Source of the DNA: Candidatus Bathyarchaeota archaeon
Lineage (GTDB): Archaea > Thermoproteota > Bathyarchaeia > Bathyarchaeales > Bathycorpusculaceae
Length of the DNA stretch: 64,000 nucleotides
Direction: 5' to 3'
NCBI GenBank assembly: GCA_963775465.1
Contig: CAVZIW010000004.1
Location: forward strand, 128,040-192,039
This document shows, piece by piece, positions 29,308-37,698 of this stretch. Position 1 is the first letter of the stretch; each line of letters begins with the position of its first letter. The translations under genes and the position numbers were made by a program. Below the pieces are notes generated by a model that ran no database searches, was not told the origin of the DNA, and saw only the letters and a list, made by a program, of their open reading frames with translations.

Positions 29308-30348
29308 ATGAAACAAGTTTCTAAGTATGCAACTGCTAAAGAAAGGAGAAATATGACCCAGCAAGAAAAGATACGGCTAGGTCTAAGAATGTGTCGCGGA
29401 GTAATCTCAAACCTGGTTGGTGCGAGAACTCCACTGTTCTGTGGTCATAAACTAACTTATAATTGTAACCTCAAATGTAGAATGTGCCCATTTTGGAAAA
29501 GATCGACAACAGATTTGAGTCTAGAGAAAGAAAAAACCATTCTGAGGCAAATTTATAATTCAGGAGTTTGCGGAATCGCATTTGAAGGCGGAGAGCCACT
29601 TCTGAGAAAGGACTTGGTTGAAATTCTTGACTATGCTAGGTCTTTACCTTTGCAAACGAGCCTTATCACAAACGGCACTATGTTGGAACCCAGAATAGAT
29701 GAAATAACACCATACATTAACGGTGGCATTTATGTTTCTCTAGATGGAATAGGCAAAACTCATGATTTAATCAGGGGTGTCAGCGGCTGTTTCAAAAAGG
29801 CAATAGAGGGAATAAGCGCAGCCTCCAAAAAAATTCCTGTTGCAATTAATACGACGATAATGGCTGAAAATATCTATGAGATTGAAGATCTGGTTAAGTT
29901 GGCAAAGGAATTAGATGTAAAAATATCAGTTGCTGTTGCCCATGAATACTGCAACGCTGAAGTCTCTACACCTCAAAGTCAAGAAATCATTGACACAGCC
30001 AGAAATCTCATCGAATTAAAAAAGAAAGGTTATCCTCTCATAAATTCATTAAGCTATTTTAAAGTAATTGCTAAAGAGAAAAAATGGAACTGTAAACCTT
30101 GGTCGACAATTAACGTAAGTCCGGAAGGATATTTAGTTCTACCTTGTTATGTGCTAAATGGATATGCGAAATCTATTTCCGTTTTTAAAACTAGTATCAG
30201 AACTGCTATATCCGATTTTGATTGGAGAGAAATACAGAGGTGTCAAATTTGCAGTCTCCACTGTTATGTGGAACCGTCACTGGTGCTTTCTTATGATTTT
30301 GGAACCCTACGGAATTGGGCTTTTCCAACAAAGGACAATCTAGCTTAA
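29308..30348 (+). CDS. Radical SAM protein with C-terminal SPASM/twitch-like domain
   Basis: CNLKCRMC, GGEPLL, VSLDG; C-terminal CKPW...LPCY...CQICSLHC. Confidence 0.9.
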   Translation: MKQVSKYATAKERRNMTQQEKIRLGLRMCRGVISNLVGARTPLFCGHKLTYNCNLKCRMCPFWKRSTTDLSLEKEKTILRQIYNSGVCGIAFEGGEPLLRKDLVEILDYARSLPLQTSLITNGTMLEPRIDEITPYINGGIYVSLDGIGKTHDLIRGVSGCFKKAIEGISAASKKIPVAINTTIMAENIYEIEDLVKLAKELDVKISVAVAHEYCNAEVSTPQSQEIIDTARNLIELKKKGYPLINSLSYFKVIAKEKKWNCKPWSTINVSPEGYLVLPCYVLNGYAKSISVFKTSIRTAISDFDWREIQRCQICSLHCYVEPSLVLSYDFGTLRNWAFPTKDNLA

Positions 30349-30395
30349 GCATATTGGTCTTTGCAGAGATAATCTAGGACGCGTTTATTCTTGTT

Positions 30396-30608
30396 TTATT
30401 TGATTTTTTGGTTTTCAAAAATAAAAAGTTCATCTATTTTGGTTTTTAGAGTTTCAGCTATTTGGTAAGCAAGTATTAGTGATGGATTATACTTTCCCTT
30501 TTCTAGATAAAGGATGGTTTCTCTTCTAACACCGACCGCTCTTGCAAGATCTTCTTGAGTTAAATCATATCTTGCTCTGAACTCTTTGATTCTGGTTTTA
30601 AACTTCAT
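30396..30608 (-). CDS. XRE-family HTH regulator
   Basis: Start re-assigned to ATG 30608: [44 protein letters not shown]. Confidence 0.9.
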   Translation of the reverse strand: MKFKTRIKEFRARYDLTQEDLARAVGVRRETILYLEKGKYNPSLILAYQIAETLKTKIDELFIFENQKIK

Positions 30609-30943
30609 CACAATTCTCCTTTTTTGGCGTAATACCAGCTTAATAAACCATAAGAAAATCCTGATACCAGCATTATGGCAATTACAGCCCATCCAGCTTC
30701 TATCTCTGGCAAGTTTAGAAACTCGTTTCCAACTATGATCCAAACCAACGTTGAGACCATAAATGCCAAACCGATATAGTAGCTTCCCAAAGCTGCTTTC
30801 CCCTGAATCTTTGACGTTCTTTCATCTCTTAACGGGTATCCTGCTTTTCTATCTCTCTGGGTTCTCCAGATTACAAATATTCCCAGTAGAATAATCAGCA
30901 AAGCATTTATGATAAGAATTATTGGCCATCCGAAGGCACCCAT
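30608..30943 (-). CDS. DUF2178-like small membrane protein
   Basis: RDERT...KAA motif, three TM helices, coupled to the XRE gene. Confidence 0.75.
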   Translation of the reverse strand: MGAFGWPIILIINALLIILLGIFVIWRTQRDRKAGYPLRDERTSKIQGKAALGSYYIGLAFMVSTLVWIIVGNEFLNLPEIEAGWAVIAIMLVSGFSYGLLSWYYAKKGEL

Positions 30944-31439
30944 AACTATTCACCTCCACTATTCATTATTCCTCTTTGACCTGAAAGAGGACATATTCCA
31001 GTTATTCCCAGTACCAGCGTAGTTTTTGCCTGTTGTTTCGCCCAGAATTGCTCCATCAAAATTCTTCTTGATCCAAGTAAACAAATCAAAATTCCCAAAA
31101 CGAACATTGTTTTCAAGTTTTTGTCCATATTTCCCGGGCTCCATTTATCCAAATCCAACATTTTATTATCTTTATCTAACAAAATGTTATGTTATTCTAA
31201 CTAATAAATTTTTTGCGCAGACTTCTTAGACCCACCTCAGCCTCAACATTAAATAGCGTGTGTCTTTGGGTCTTGGAAAGCGCAACGTGCTCCTTCTAAT
31301 TCGACTTCTGAGGGGGCTATCTAAGTTCAGTATTCGTTTCTCCTTCCTGTCGGTTAATTCGAGGTTAGCTAAGGTTTTTTCAAATGCACATACTTTATGA
31401 GTTAAAAGCAGAATGTTAATTGCGGTGGCACAGTAAGCT

Positions 31440-31871
31440 ATGAGTAATTCTCGATTATCAAGTGAATTACAAGGAAATACCCTTCGTGTGTACTGGTATT
31501 TAATCAACTCGTCCAAGACGGCTGTTGGTCCTAGAGATGTTCAAAGGAAATTGGGTTTTTCAAGTCCTAACTTGTCGGTTTATCATTTGGATAAATTAGT
31601 TGATTTAGGTATAGTTGAGAAAGTTACGGGTGGGTATCATGTAACTGAAATAGTTGATGTGGGTGTCTTAAAGCAGTTTACAAAGGTTCGGGGTTTTGTT
31701 TTTCCTAGACAGATCATCTATGCTTCGATGTGGACATCGTTGTTTATTTTTTATCTTTACGAATTTAGAACTTTGAATTTCTATAGTTTCTTTGCTTTTC
31801 TACTTGGGATTCTTGGTACTGTGATTTTTTGGTTTGAAGCTCTGAACAATTGGCGGAACCGCCCCCGCTAA
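31440..31871 (+). CDS. Membrane-anchored winged-helix regulator
   Basis: GPRDVQRKLGFSSPNLSVYHLDKLVDLG plus two C-terminal TM helices. Confidence 0.8.
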   Translation: MSNSRLSSELQGNTLRVYWYLINSSKTAVGPRDVQRKLGFSSPNLSVYHLDKLVDLGIVEKVTGGYHVTEIVDVGVLKQFTKVRGFVFPRQIIYASMWTSLFIFYLYEFRTLNFYSFFAFLLGILGTVIFWFEALNNWRNRPR

Positions 31872-32095
31872 TTTTAATGTGCTTTTTTGTTTCGCCGGCC
31901 AGGTCAATTAATGTATCAAAATTTTCGTTTAGTTTGCATACATTGAAGTATATCTTATTGAGTATGCGAACATAGCTATCATTCATAGTGTAATTTTTTC
32001 TTTTCAAATCTTAACCTTCTTGAATCCTTTCTATCAAAGAAAAAGGTTGGTTTGGTTACTGTTTTTTCAGCATAGGGTTTAGTTGCCGGTTAACG

Positions 32096-32821
32096 TTATG
32101 ATATTGTTGTGGGTTCGGGAGTTGGTGTGGGTTCAACGGTTTCTGTGGGTGTTGGAGTTGGTGTGGGTTCTACAATTTCTGAGGGTGGCTCTGGGGTTTC
32201 TGTTGGAGATGCCGAGGGTGCAATTAAGTCTGGTGAGTTATCGGTTGTGGAAGCTTGGGGAAGGTTTGTGGATGTTGCTTTGAATACTGGTTTTAGGTTT
32301 CCTTGGTTGCTGATGGAGGCGGTCATATCGATGAGTACAGTGGTTGTTTCTCCTTCATTGATTTGGAATTTGATGATTATGTCAATTTTGTCGGAGGGTA
32401 CATTCAGATCAGCAGTGGTGTCGTCTGAGTATGTTGCTGTTGCATCTTTAATATGTAAACGGATTTTTGAGTAGTCTCCTTCTGGAAGTAGGGTAGTTGA
32501 CAAATCTTCGCTGATATCTGTAAGGCGTAACAAATCAAAATTCACGGATTCTTTCCCTTCCTTAAAGGGCAATTTTGTCCAGCCGCTGCCTTGATTTTGA
32601 ACTTCGACACTATCTATTGTCACGTAGAGTTTTGATAGTTCTACAGGGGCATCTTTGATGGCTACCACAAGAGTTCCCAAAGCTATTGGGTTCTCCGGAG
32701 CTGCGTTGCTTGGAAGCTGTATCCCCGACGTGGATATAGCAGCTATTATTATGATTGCTGTGGCTATTCCTGCGATTGCATAGATGCTTAGTTTTTTGGC
32801 GTTCATTGACATTTTATTCAC
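32096..32821 (-). CDS. DUF4382-domain exported protein with Pro/Thr tail
   Basis: GTLVVAIKDAP, FDLLRL, GDYSKIRL, VPSDKI; EPTPTP repeats. Confidence 0.8.
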   Translation of the reverse strand: MNKMSMNAKKLSIYAIAGIATAIIIIAAISTSGIQLPSNAAPENPIALGTLVVAIKDAPVELSKLYVTIDSVEVQNQGSGWTKLPFKEGKESVNFDLLRLTDISEDLSTTLLPEGDYSKIRLHIKDATATYSDDTTADLNVPSDKIDIIIKFQINEGETTTVLIDMTASISNQGNLKPVFKATSTNLPQASTTDNSPDLIAPSASPTETPEPPSEIVEPTPTPTPTETVEPTPTPEPTTIS

Positions 32822-33121
32822 TAACTAACCAAAATGTAATCGCATGATTTAATACAATGCTTTTGAACAACCTGTTCAAGAATTTGAACGGATATAAAAG
32901 GCCTCATTAGCATGCGCACTAGCTAAGAGATTTTTAATTCATGAAATTTTATACCAAACTCTGTTATTAGTATACATCAAATTCTTTCTCAATTTTAATT
33001 CATTTTGCGGAAACAGAGTCCTCAGGCACGATGAGATGCTCATTGGGAGGAGCATAATCTACTTGAGTGTTTTTGCCTGAAGATAAATTTAGGTTGAGAG
33101 TTCCGCTCTTTAATTCTATGT

Positions 33122-33580
33122 ATGATAAGAAGGAGCACTAAATTTAGGTTTCACACAAGAATCAGCATGAAGTTTAAATTTGTAGAAAACAGCAAATATG
33201 TGATGCTTATGGGGTTCTTTCCAATCGAAAAATGTCAGGTGATTTGGCGAAAAGACGTTTCGTCTGACAATGATAGGCAAGCGATTATCAGAAAATTAAA
33301 GGGAATGGCACTTGAACTTCAAGAAGCTATAGATTTTACTGTAAGGTTGAGTAATCGAAAAATGAATGAAGTAAAATACTGGCTTGAAACAAGCACTGAT
33401 AGCAGTTATACTTTGTCAATTTATTATGATTCTCATGCATCAGCATGGGGAATGCTTATTGAAATGATGGAAACGGAAAAAATGCCTTCCCAGGTGGTGG
33501 GTGAAATTGCCTGCAATGACCCAGTGACTTTTCAGTTTATTGAGCAGAAAGATATCCTTAAGACAGAACCCATTTCCTAG
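33122..33580 (+). CDS. Hypothetical protein (start uncertain)
   Basis: 152-aa ORF, no recognised motif. Confidence 0.4.
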   Translation: MIRRSTKFRFHTRISMKFKFVENSKYVMLMGFFPIEKCQVIWRKDVSSDNDRQAIIRKLKGMALELQEAIDFTVRLSNRKMNEVKYWLETSTDSSYTLSIYYDSHASAWGMLIEMMETEKMPSQVVGEIACNDPVTFQFIEQKDILKTEPIS

Positions 33581-34082
33581 TGGAAATGGGTGCCAAAAAC
33601 AGGCTGTCTGATTACTCTTGTGCAAACATAGAAATTCATTTCAAGGTGCCTTCTTTATGATAATTCAATACTACCCTATCTTAATACATGCAGAGTTTCT
33701 GCATTACCTGGCTCCCATCCTTTAGAGATGGAAGTCTCTTTTTTGCATGACCATAACCCGTCTAACCATGCTTAAGCTTGTTTAATCCTAAATTTAACAC
33801 AACTTTTCATCGCTCAGGCCTCTAGTGCTGGTATGAAAATAATGTTAATTCACCAGCCAAGACAGAAAACAATTTTCAGGAAAGAAAAACCATTTTGGCA
33901 GATGAAAGATACAGAAAGACAACAGAGACAGTTATCTTAAGCGAATTGGAGATTGGTTTATAGAGCGTTTTCTGTCTGATATTGCTAATTATAATATTTT
34001 TTAAGATGTATCAGACTAAGGGAGCATATTTAGAGCATATTTGCTTTAATTTTATAAGCAGACAAAACCAATAGTAGCTACT

Positions 34083-34400
34083 ATGGCAACTAAGAGACTA
34101 ACAAACTACATTATCCTATTCAATGTCCTAATGGCAATCTCTCTCTTTCTCTCTAGCCAATTTATGCTGATTATCCTAAATGGAACAATAGTGCAAGGTG
34201 TAGGTATTTACATAGATTATGGATTTCCATACACTGATTCCCCTATTCCAACAACTCATGCACCTTTGCTAAACTATCCATTGATTTTATTTATCTTTGA
34301 ATTGATAGGTAATGCTATCCTAATTCTATTAATAAGAAGAGAAAGCAAAGCAGAGTTACGTCCCAAAACTAGTTCTAAACTACAGAATTATCAGGCTTAG
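34083..34400 (+). CDS. Small membrane protein
   Basis: Two hydrophobic segments; TATA-like TTTATAA upstream. Confidence 0.55.
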   Translation: MATKRLTNYIILFNVLMAISLFLSSQFMLIILNGTIVQGVGIYIDYGFPYTDSPIPTTHAPLLNYPLILFIFELIGNAILILLIRRESKAELRPKTSSKLQNYQA

Positions 34401-35176
34401 CTGTACTTTTCTTCAGGTGCCTAACATACAGCAGTAAAGAGATAACAACTAGCACTGAGACTGTAGCGGCTACCAAGACTAAAGATGAATCAGCAGAGGT
34501 TGCATTTGAAATCAAGGTTGGTTGAGATTCAGTTGGAGCTGGTGAGCTAGAGGGTTCAGGAATTGTGAATGTCTGGGTGGAACTCCAGTCACATAGCAGC
34601 CACACTTTCATAATTATAGCTATAGAGTGGAATAACAGCGCTTAATGAATAATTGTAACCATAAGCTAAAATAGCCATAACTTGAAAATCAATCTCATCA
34701 CCAGCTTTCAGATATTCCATATTTTCTCCATAAAGAGTTGCAACTCTGTAGCTAGTTGGAAGAGAAAGCACTGTGTAGTCTGAGTCTGATTGTTTTGGAT
34801 AAGAATTAATTGCATGATCGTATGGGTATGTCCAATTCCCCCCATAATGCCCTCTTTGTCTAACATAGAAAAGGAAGTAGGATTTGTTACCGTCAATACT
34901 TGAGGGATAGGGTTGGTTTTTGATAGTTAAATCTATGGTGTCTTTTTGGACATGGTAACCTGGTATAGTTGTAGTTGTAGTCTGATTGTTGTATGAGTTT
35001 GTTGTGGAAATCTCTTTTGGCGGCACATCGTAAGAATGGTCAGCAAGACTAACTGAGAATTTAGGTACTGACGGTTTAGGTATTGACTGAGCACTTGCAG
35101 GTTTAAACAACAGCAGACTTGAGAGTGCCAAGAGGGTAACAAGCAAAATAGAGAGAACTCTACCCAAACAAATCAT
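34375..35176 (-). pseudogene. Frameshifted secreted, membrane-anchored surface protein
   Basis: Signal peptide plus SIPKPSVPKF domain (34589..35176) stops at GCT ATG TGA; the continuation DWSSTQTFTIPEP, a P/S/T linker and a TM anchor lie in another frame (34375..34611). Confidence 0.65.
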
Positions 35177-35213
35177 AGATGCAATATGGAAACTTTGATA
35201 ATTAAAGCCTTAT

Positions 35214-35258
35214 CGTAAAGGATCCTTGACCATCCTTAGTCAAAGTTTCTTTACTAAA
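35214..35258. promoter_or_regulatory. Tandem palindromic operator array (copy A)
   Basis: TCGTAAA-N6-TTGACCAT-CC-TTAGTCAA-N6-TTTACTAAA; the core matches 56797..56829 at 28/33 nt. Confidence 0.55.
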
Positions 35259-35306
35259 AGGTAGAAGCAAACCTAACGCTCCAAAACTAATTCTCAGATT
35301 CTAATT

Positions 35307-35546
35307 TTATTTGAAGTGCCTAGCTATACCAATTTTATTATGTATAATTAGATATGAGAAAACTGAAACAAACACGCCAATAATCACAATTACAGAGCCA
35401 ACATACAATCTAGGGTACACTGTGACTATTCGATTATCTGAAGGATAAGTTGTAATTGAAAACATTGCATTAGAAATTCCACTTACAACTAAAATAACAC
35501 CAAATAGCATCAAGAACGCTGGAATAAGGTGTATCAATTTACCCAT
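35307..35546 (-). CDS. Small two-TM membrane protein
   Basis: Two hydrophobic helices. Confidence 0.5.
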   Translation of the reverse strand: MGKLIHLIPAFLMLFGVILVVSGISNAMFSITTYPSDNRIVTVYPRLYVGSVIVIIGVFVSVFSYLIIHNKIGIARHFK

Positions 35547-35636
35547 GTAACCAACCTTCTGACATCTAATACCTAATATGAATCAGCGTATATATAATCA
35601 TTAAATTCTTTAAAATCAACGTAACAAAATTGTTCT

Positions 35637-36182
35637 TTAATGGAGTTCTTCTGAATAATCGACAGCTAAATAATCAAGGTCTTCTAAATCCACCTTAAAG
35701 TATCCTAAAAAAACTAGTTGAAAGGACTCCATGGGTCCAAGACGAAGATGGTTGAGTAAAACCATCCCTTCTTTGATGCTCAAATCTAATCTTTCATTGG
35801 CAGGTTCAACAACCAAAGCCTTAATGTGGTCAAGTTTTCCCCTTACAGCTAAATTGAAGCCCAGTGGTTCATTAGTAACATCTGTATCAATAGACGAAAA
35901 ACCTTCATTTTTAATAGTTAAAGATATCTTATTACAAAAGAAGAGCTTAAAAATACGGAAAGAATCTCTATCCTTCCAAGGTTCCCTCTGTGCTTCTCCT
36001 TTTACGCTAACCAATTGGTTGTTAAAGACAACAGTAGAGTTGAGACTTTTCTTCTGTTTCTTAGTCCTAATGCTATCAACAATAGAAAGGACTATTGGTA
36101 TCAAGATAACAACGATAATTACAGCCAATACTATGGGAGATATTACTTTTGGAGCATTTCCATCTATTTGAATTATGCTCAA
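35637..36182 (-). CDS. Hypothetical protein with N-terminal TM helix
   Basis: 181-aa ORF. Confidence 0.55.
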   Translation of the reverse strand: MSIIQIDGNAPKVISPIVLAVIIVVILIPIVLSIVDSIRTKKQKKSLNSTVVFNNQLVSVKGEAQREPWKDRDSFRIFKLFFCNKISLTIKNEGFSSIDTDVTNEPLGFNLAVRGKLDHIKALVVEPANERLDLSIKEGMVLLNHLRLGPMESFQLVFLGYFKVDLEDLDYLAVDYSEELH

Positions 36183-36328
36183 TTATAGTCTTTTAGCAAC
36201 ATAGTTAAATGATGTTTAAGAGTTTATAACCTCCATCTGCACTCCTAATATCCATCCAACGCTCCAAAATTACTTTTTAAGGGTCTTTATATTCTGAGTT
36301 GACCAGTCCAGGTGACCAGCCCAATTAA

Positions 36329-36814
36329 GTGGGCAGGCAACATAGAATGAAATACAAATGTTTTAAAACAGAATGCCCAATCTGCCACAACACAGGCTCC
36401 ATCCAACTATTCCTAAACAAAAAACAAGAAGTAAAATACGCCAGAATCAGGCACTACAGCAATATCAACAAAGACTCCAAAAAGCCACAATTCACCTACT
36501 GCAAAATAAACAACAAAGAAGAATTGAAAACTTTATTATCCAAGCAAGGAATCTCTCTGACAACAACAGCCTCAGGTCAAGCTGGTCAAACACAGGGATT
36601 TGCAAACCTTGACCACCAACATGGAGGCTGCGCCACCAAACAACAAAACAAGCCACGGGCGAGTAGCTCAGCACGGATAGAGCACCAGCCTCCTAAGTTG
36701 GGGGTCGAGGGTTCAAATCCCTCCCCGCCCGCCACGAATAATCCCCCCCGTTTTTGGTTTACTTTCTACACCAAGGGGGTTATTTGCGCTTGCGGAAAAG
36801 TTTGCTGCCGCTAA
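36329..36814 (+). CDS. Zinc-finger-like ORF that reads through tRNA-Arg (possible mobile-element remnant)
   Basis: CPICHNTGSIQ...YARIRHY...FTYCK; RASSSARIEHQPPKLGVEGSNPSPPA is the tRNA read in the sense frame. Confidence 0.5.
   Translation: MGRQHRMKYKCFKTECPICHNTGSIQLFLNKKQEVKYARIRHYSNINKDSKKPQFTYCKINNKEELKTLLSKQGISLTTTASGQAGQTQGFANLDHQHGGCATKQQNKPRASSSARIEHQPPKLGVEGSNPSPPATNNPPRFWFTFYTKGVICACGKVCCR
36657..36734 (+). tRNA. tRNA-Arg(CCU), CCA encoded, A6:C67 acceptor mismatch
   Basis: GGGCGAG TA GCTC AGCACGGATA GAGC A CCAGC CTCCTAA GTTGG GGGTC GAGGG TTCAAAT CCCTC CCCGCCC G CCA. Confidence 0.92.
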
Positions 36815-37018
36815 AGTCACAGACAAATTCAAAGCCGGATTCTATAAGTTGGCAGGTTTCTTATTCAGTATGTGTAACTCTAGTAACAAATCGTTTTCTT
36901 TGAAATCGACAAGCTGCGAGGGGTTCAAAGCTCTGCTTCCGAAAAAGCTTGACGCATTCAATCAATATCCAGGATTCTGAAAATTTATTAACACTAAATC
37001 CAAGATGGATTAGCGGTT

Positions 37019-37336
37019 TTGGCATTGGTTGTAGAAATTACAATAAAATCTGATTTTACTGCAGCTGATATAGTTAGTCACCTAAGTAAACTGAAGAATA
37101 GTCCGTGGCATGCTGAAAAAAGAAGCAGAGGCGGATTCAGATTGTACCACAGTACGACTGAAAAGCAGGGACGGGAAGGCAACATTAGATTGCGCAGAAC
37201 CAAAAATACAGAGGATGGTCATAAGAGAATTTACGCAACATCTGTTGGAGTTGACGAAGTTGATTTGGCTAGTAAATTCATATATTGGGTGCTAACACAT
37301 TTCCGCGACAAGACAATCAGGATAACCATCGTTTAG
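37019..37336 (+). CDS. Hypothetical protein
   Basis: 105-aa ORF with TATA-like TTTATTAA upstream. Confidence 0.5.
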   Translation: MALVVEITIKSDFTAADIVSHLSKLKNSPWHAEKRSRGGFRLYHSTTEKQGREGNIRLRRTKNTEDGHKRIYATSVGVDEVDLASKFIYWVLTHFRDKTIRITIV

Positions 37337-37555
37337 ACAGAATATTTTATTCTATTTTCTCATATTCTAATCCTAATAAGAGGTCTTCTTCCAAGACTTC
37401 TTTTAATGGCTTACTCTTAAGTCCCTGTGTGAACTCGCGAACCAATAGAAAAAAGAGATTTTTGCGGGTGATCTCGCCACTTGAATCAAGGTTCAAATCT
37501 ACTATTATACTAAACAGAACCGAAGGGAAACAGAAACGAGGTGTACATTGAGTCT

Positions 37556-37634
37556 GCTGAGGCTCTGGCCAACTAAATGGAGAAGAAAAATGAACTAATA
37601 GCTATTTGCTAATTCTAATCAGAGCCTTCTCAGC
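37556..37634. repeat. Short inverted-repeat element, GCTGAGG...CTTCTCAGC family
   Basis: GCTGAGGCTCTG / CAGAGCC-TTC-TCAGC; same termini at 41517..41628. Confidence 0.5.
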
Positions 37635-37660
37635 CCCATCTTTTTCCAATGCAACTAAAC

Positions 37661-37676
37661 AAAAAAAGGGAAAGGG
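37661..37676 (-). terminator. Pyrimidine/U-tract terminator of beta-propeller gene 1
   Basis: CCCTTTCCCTTTTTTT on the minus strand just after the stop; near-identical at 41642..41656. Confidence 0.6.
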
Positions 37677-37698
37677 ATTGTAGTTGAGTTTGTATTTT

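Noticed and set aside
30946-31182. Two overlapping short ORFs upstream of the DUF2178-like gene
   Set aside because: Possibly a frameshifted small membrane gene, but the evidence is too weak to call.
32105-32180. Tandem GTTGGTGTGGGTTC repeats
   Set aside because: They encode the EPTPTP linker of the DUF4382 protein.
33028-33080. Possible C/D-box sRNA (ACGATGA...CTGA)
   Set aside because: Box C is degenerate, there is no convincing internal D'/C' pair, and the CTGA is buried in a stem; kept only as a generic structured element.
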